The position numbers were made by a program, and so were the translations under genes. From Ramazzottius varieornatus (lineage: Eukaryota; Animalia; Tardigrada), in the NCBI GenBank assembly GCA_001949185.1, contig BDGG01000001.1, forward strand, positions 8,217,067-8,281,066: a stretch of DNA of 64,000 nt, given 5' to 3'. Each line of letters starts with the position of its first letter. The stretch's first letter is position 1. Below are positions 63,096 to 64,000 of this stretch, in pieces. A model generated the notes under the pieces. The model was not told where the DNA came from. It ran no database searches and saw nothing but the letters and a program-made list of their open reading frames with translations.

Positions 63096-64000
63096 GCTCC
63101 ACCTAGATGTGTGAGTGAGAAGACACGGAACAACAAGATTCAAAACCAGTTATCTTCAGAAAAGACTGAAATGAAATTGAGCATAAAAAATAGTGGTACT
63201 GGCAAAGAGTTTGCAGGCAGTAATAAGGCCACCAAGTTAAAAAAGTGTAGGCAAGCAAGCACTTTTGATTGCTTGCTTGATCGTTCTGACGGTCCGACGC
63301 TAACCGGGCACAATTCACGGTTGTCTACGGCTGCTGCCAGCAAAAGCAATTATTCACGGGTATTAGTGCTCATTACAAATCGACGGAGAATTTCCTTCGT
63401 GATTCACGAACGAAACCCCCATTCGTTTCGTGAATAGCGACATGAATTACAAATTCAAAATGTTTAAACATTTTTAATAGCAATCGTTTCGTTTGAAGCT
63501 TCGTTTGTTTGACCCGTCTCGTGAATTTTGCAAGGTCTCTAATATCCTCGAGTAATCCTTCAGCTGGCAGATGCCGTAGAGGAACGTAATTCGTGCCCGG
63601 CTAGCGTGGGGCTTCCGTTCCGGACAATCAAACGATCAAAATGCATTTTGGCCAGCTTTTCTTTAACTTGGTGGGCTAATTACTGCCAAGCAGTTCACCA
63701 TGGCGGACTTGAATTCCTTTCACCCGTCGTTTCGCGCAGAGTGGTGCTAGCTTTGCAACTTCTGAAAGATTCTAACGAACGCTTTCCGAAACAATAATTT
63801 TTAAAATCCATTAGTGCTTGTTTTTTAAATTCTTCTATTAGTTTTGCAATTCCCCTATTCAGGCGCACGGACGCGAGTGCTCATGCGATGTATGTACTGT
63901 ATTCAGGGTCTCAGTATGACTTGGCCGATTTTTGGGGGGTAACTTTGAAGTTTCTTTCTGTGTTCGTCCTGGGACTTTTCGATTAGTTTCGAAAAAGTAT

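Larger units (their letters stand above)
60599..63540 (+). mobile_element. PHIS (PIF/Harbinger superfamily, Pangu-like) transposon: ~40-bp perfect TIRs, AAT TSD, two convergent ORFs, central assembly gap
   Basis: aat|agagaccttgcaaaattcacgagacgggtcaaacaaacga ... tcgtttgtttgacccgtctcgtgaattttgcaaggtctct|aat. Confidence 0.92.

Overview
This is eukaryotic (invertebrate animal) genomic DNA with short GT-AG introns. The compact style is consistent with a tardigrade-like genome, but that cannot be proven from sequence alone. Islands of conserved multi-exon genes (dlg1 5' part, calcineurin B, GPR89/GPHR, MRPL54, MRPS27, cornichon) alternate with transposon-rich tracts. The tracts hold intron-poor or disrupted lineage-specific genes: a GT32-type glycosyltransferase, a divergent Rab-like GTPase, an RRM-RING gene, a PAN-domain protein, a Ly6-like GPI protein and an SGNH/CASD1-like protein. 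They also contain pogo, hAT, CACTA/CMC and PHIS (Pangu-like) transposons, LINE remnants and many MITEs/foldbacks. The most notable signal is a ~90-125 bp palindromic element (core AAGTGGCGCACG-N~23-CGTGCGCCACTT). It occurs at eight loci (three as doublets) plus fragments, almost only inside introns of the conserved genes. In one case it fills nearly a whole 115-nt intron, which suggests an intron-targeting or Introner-like element.
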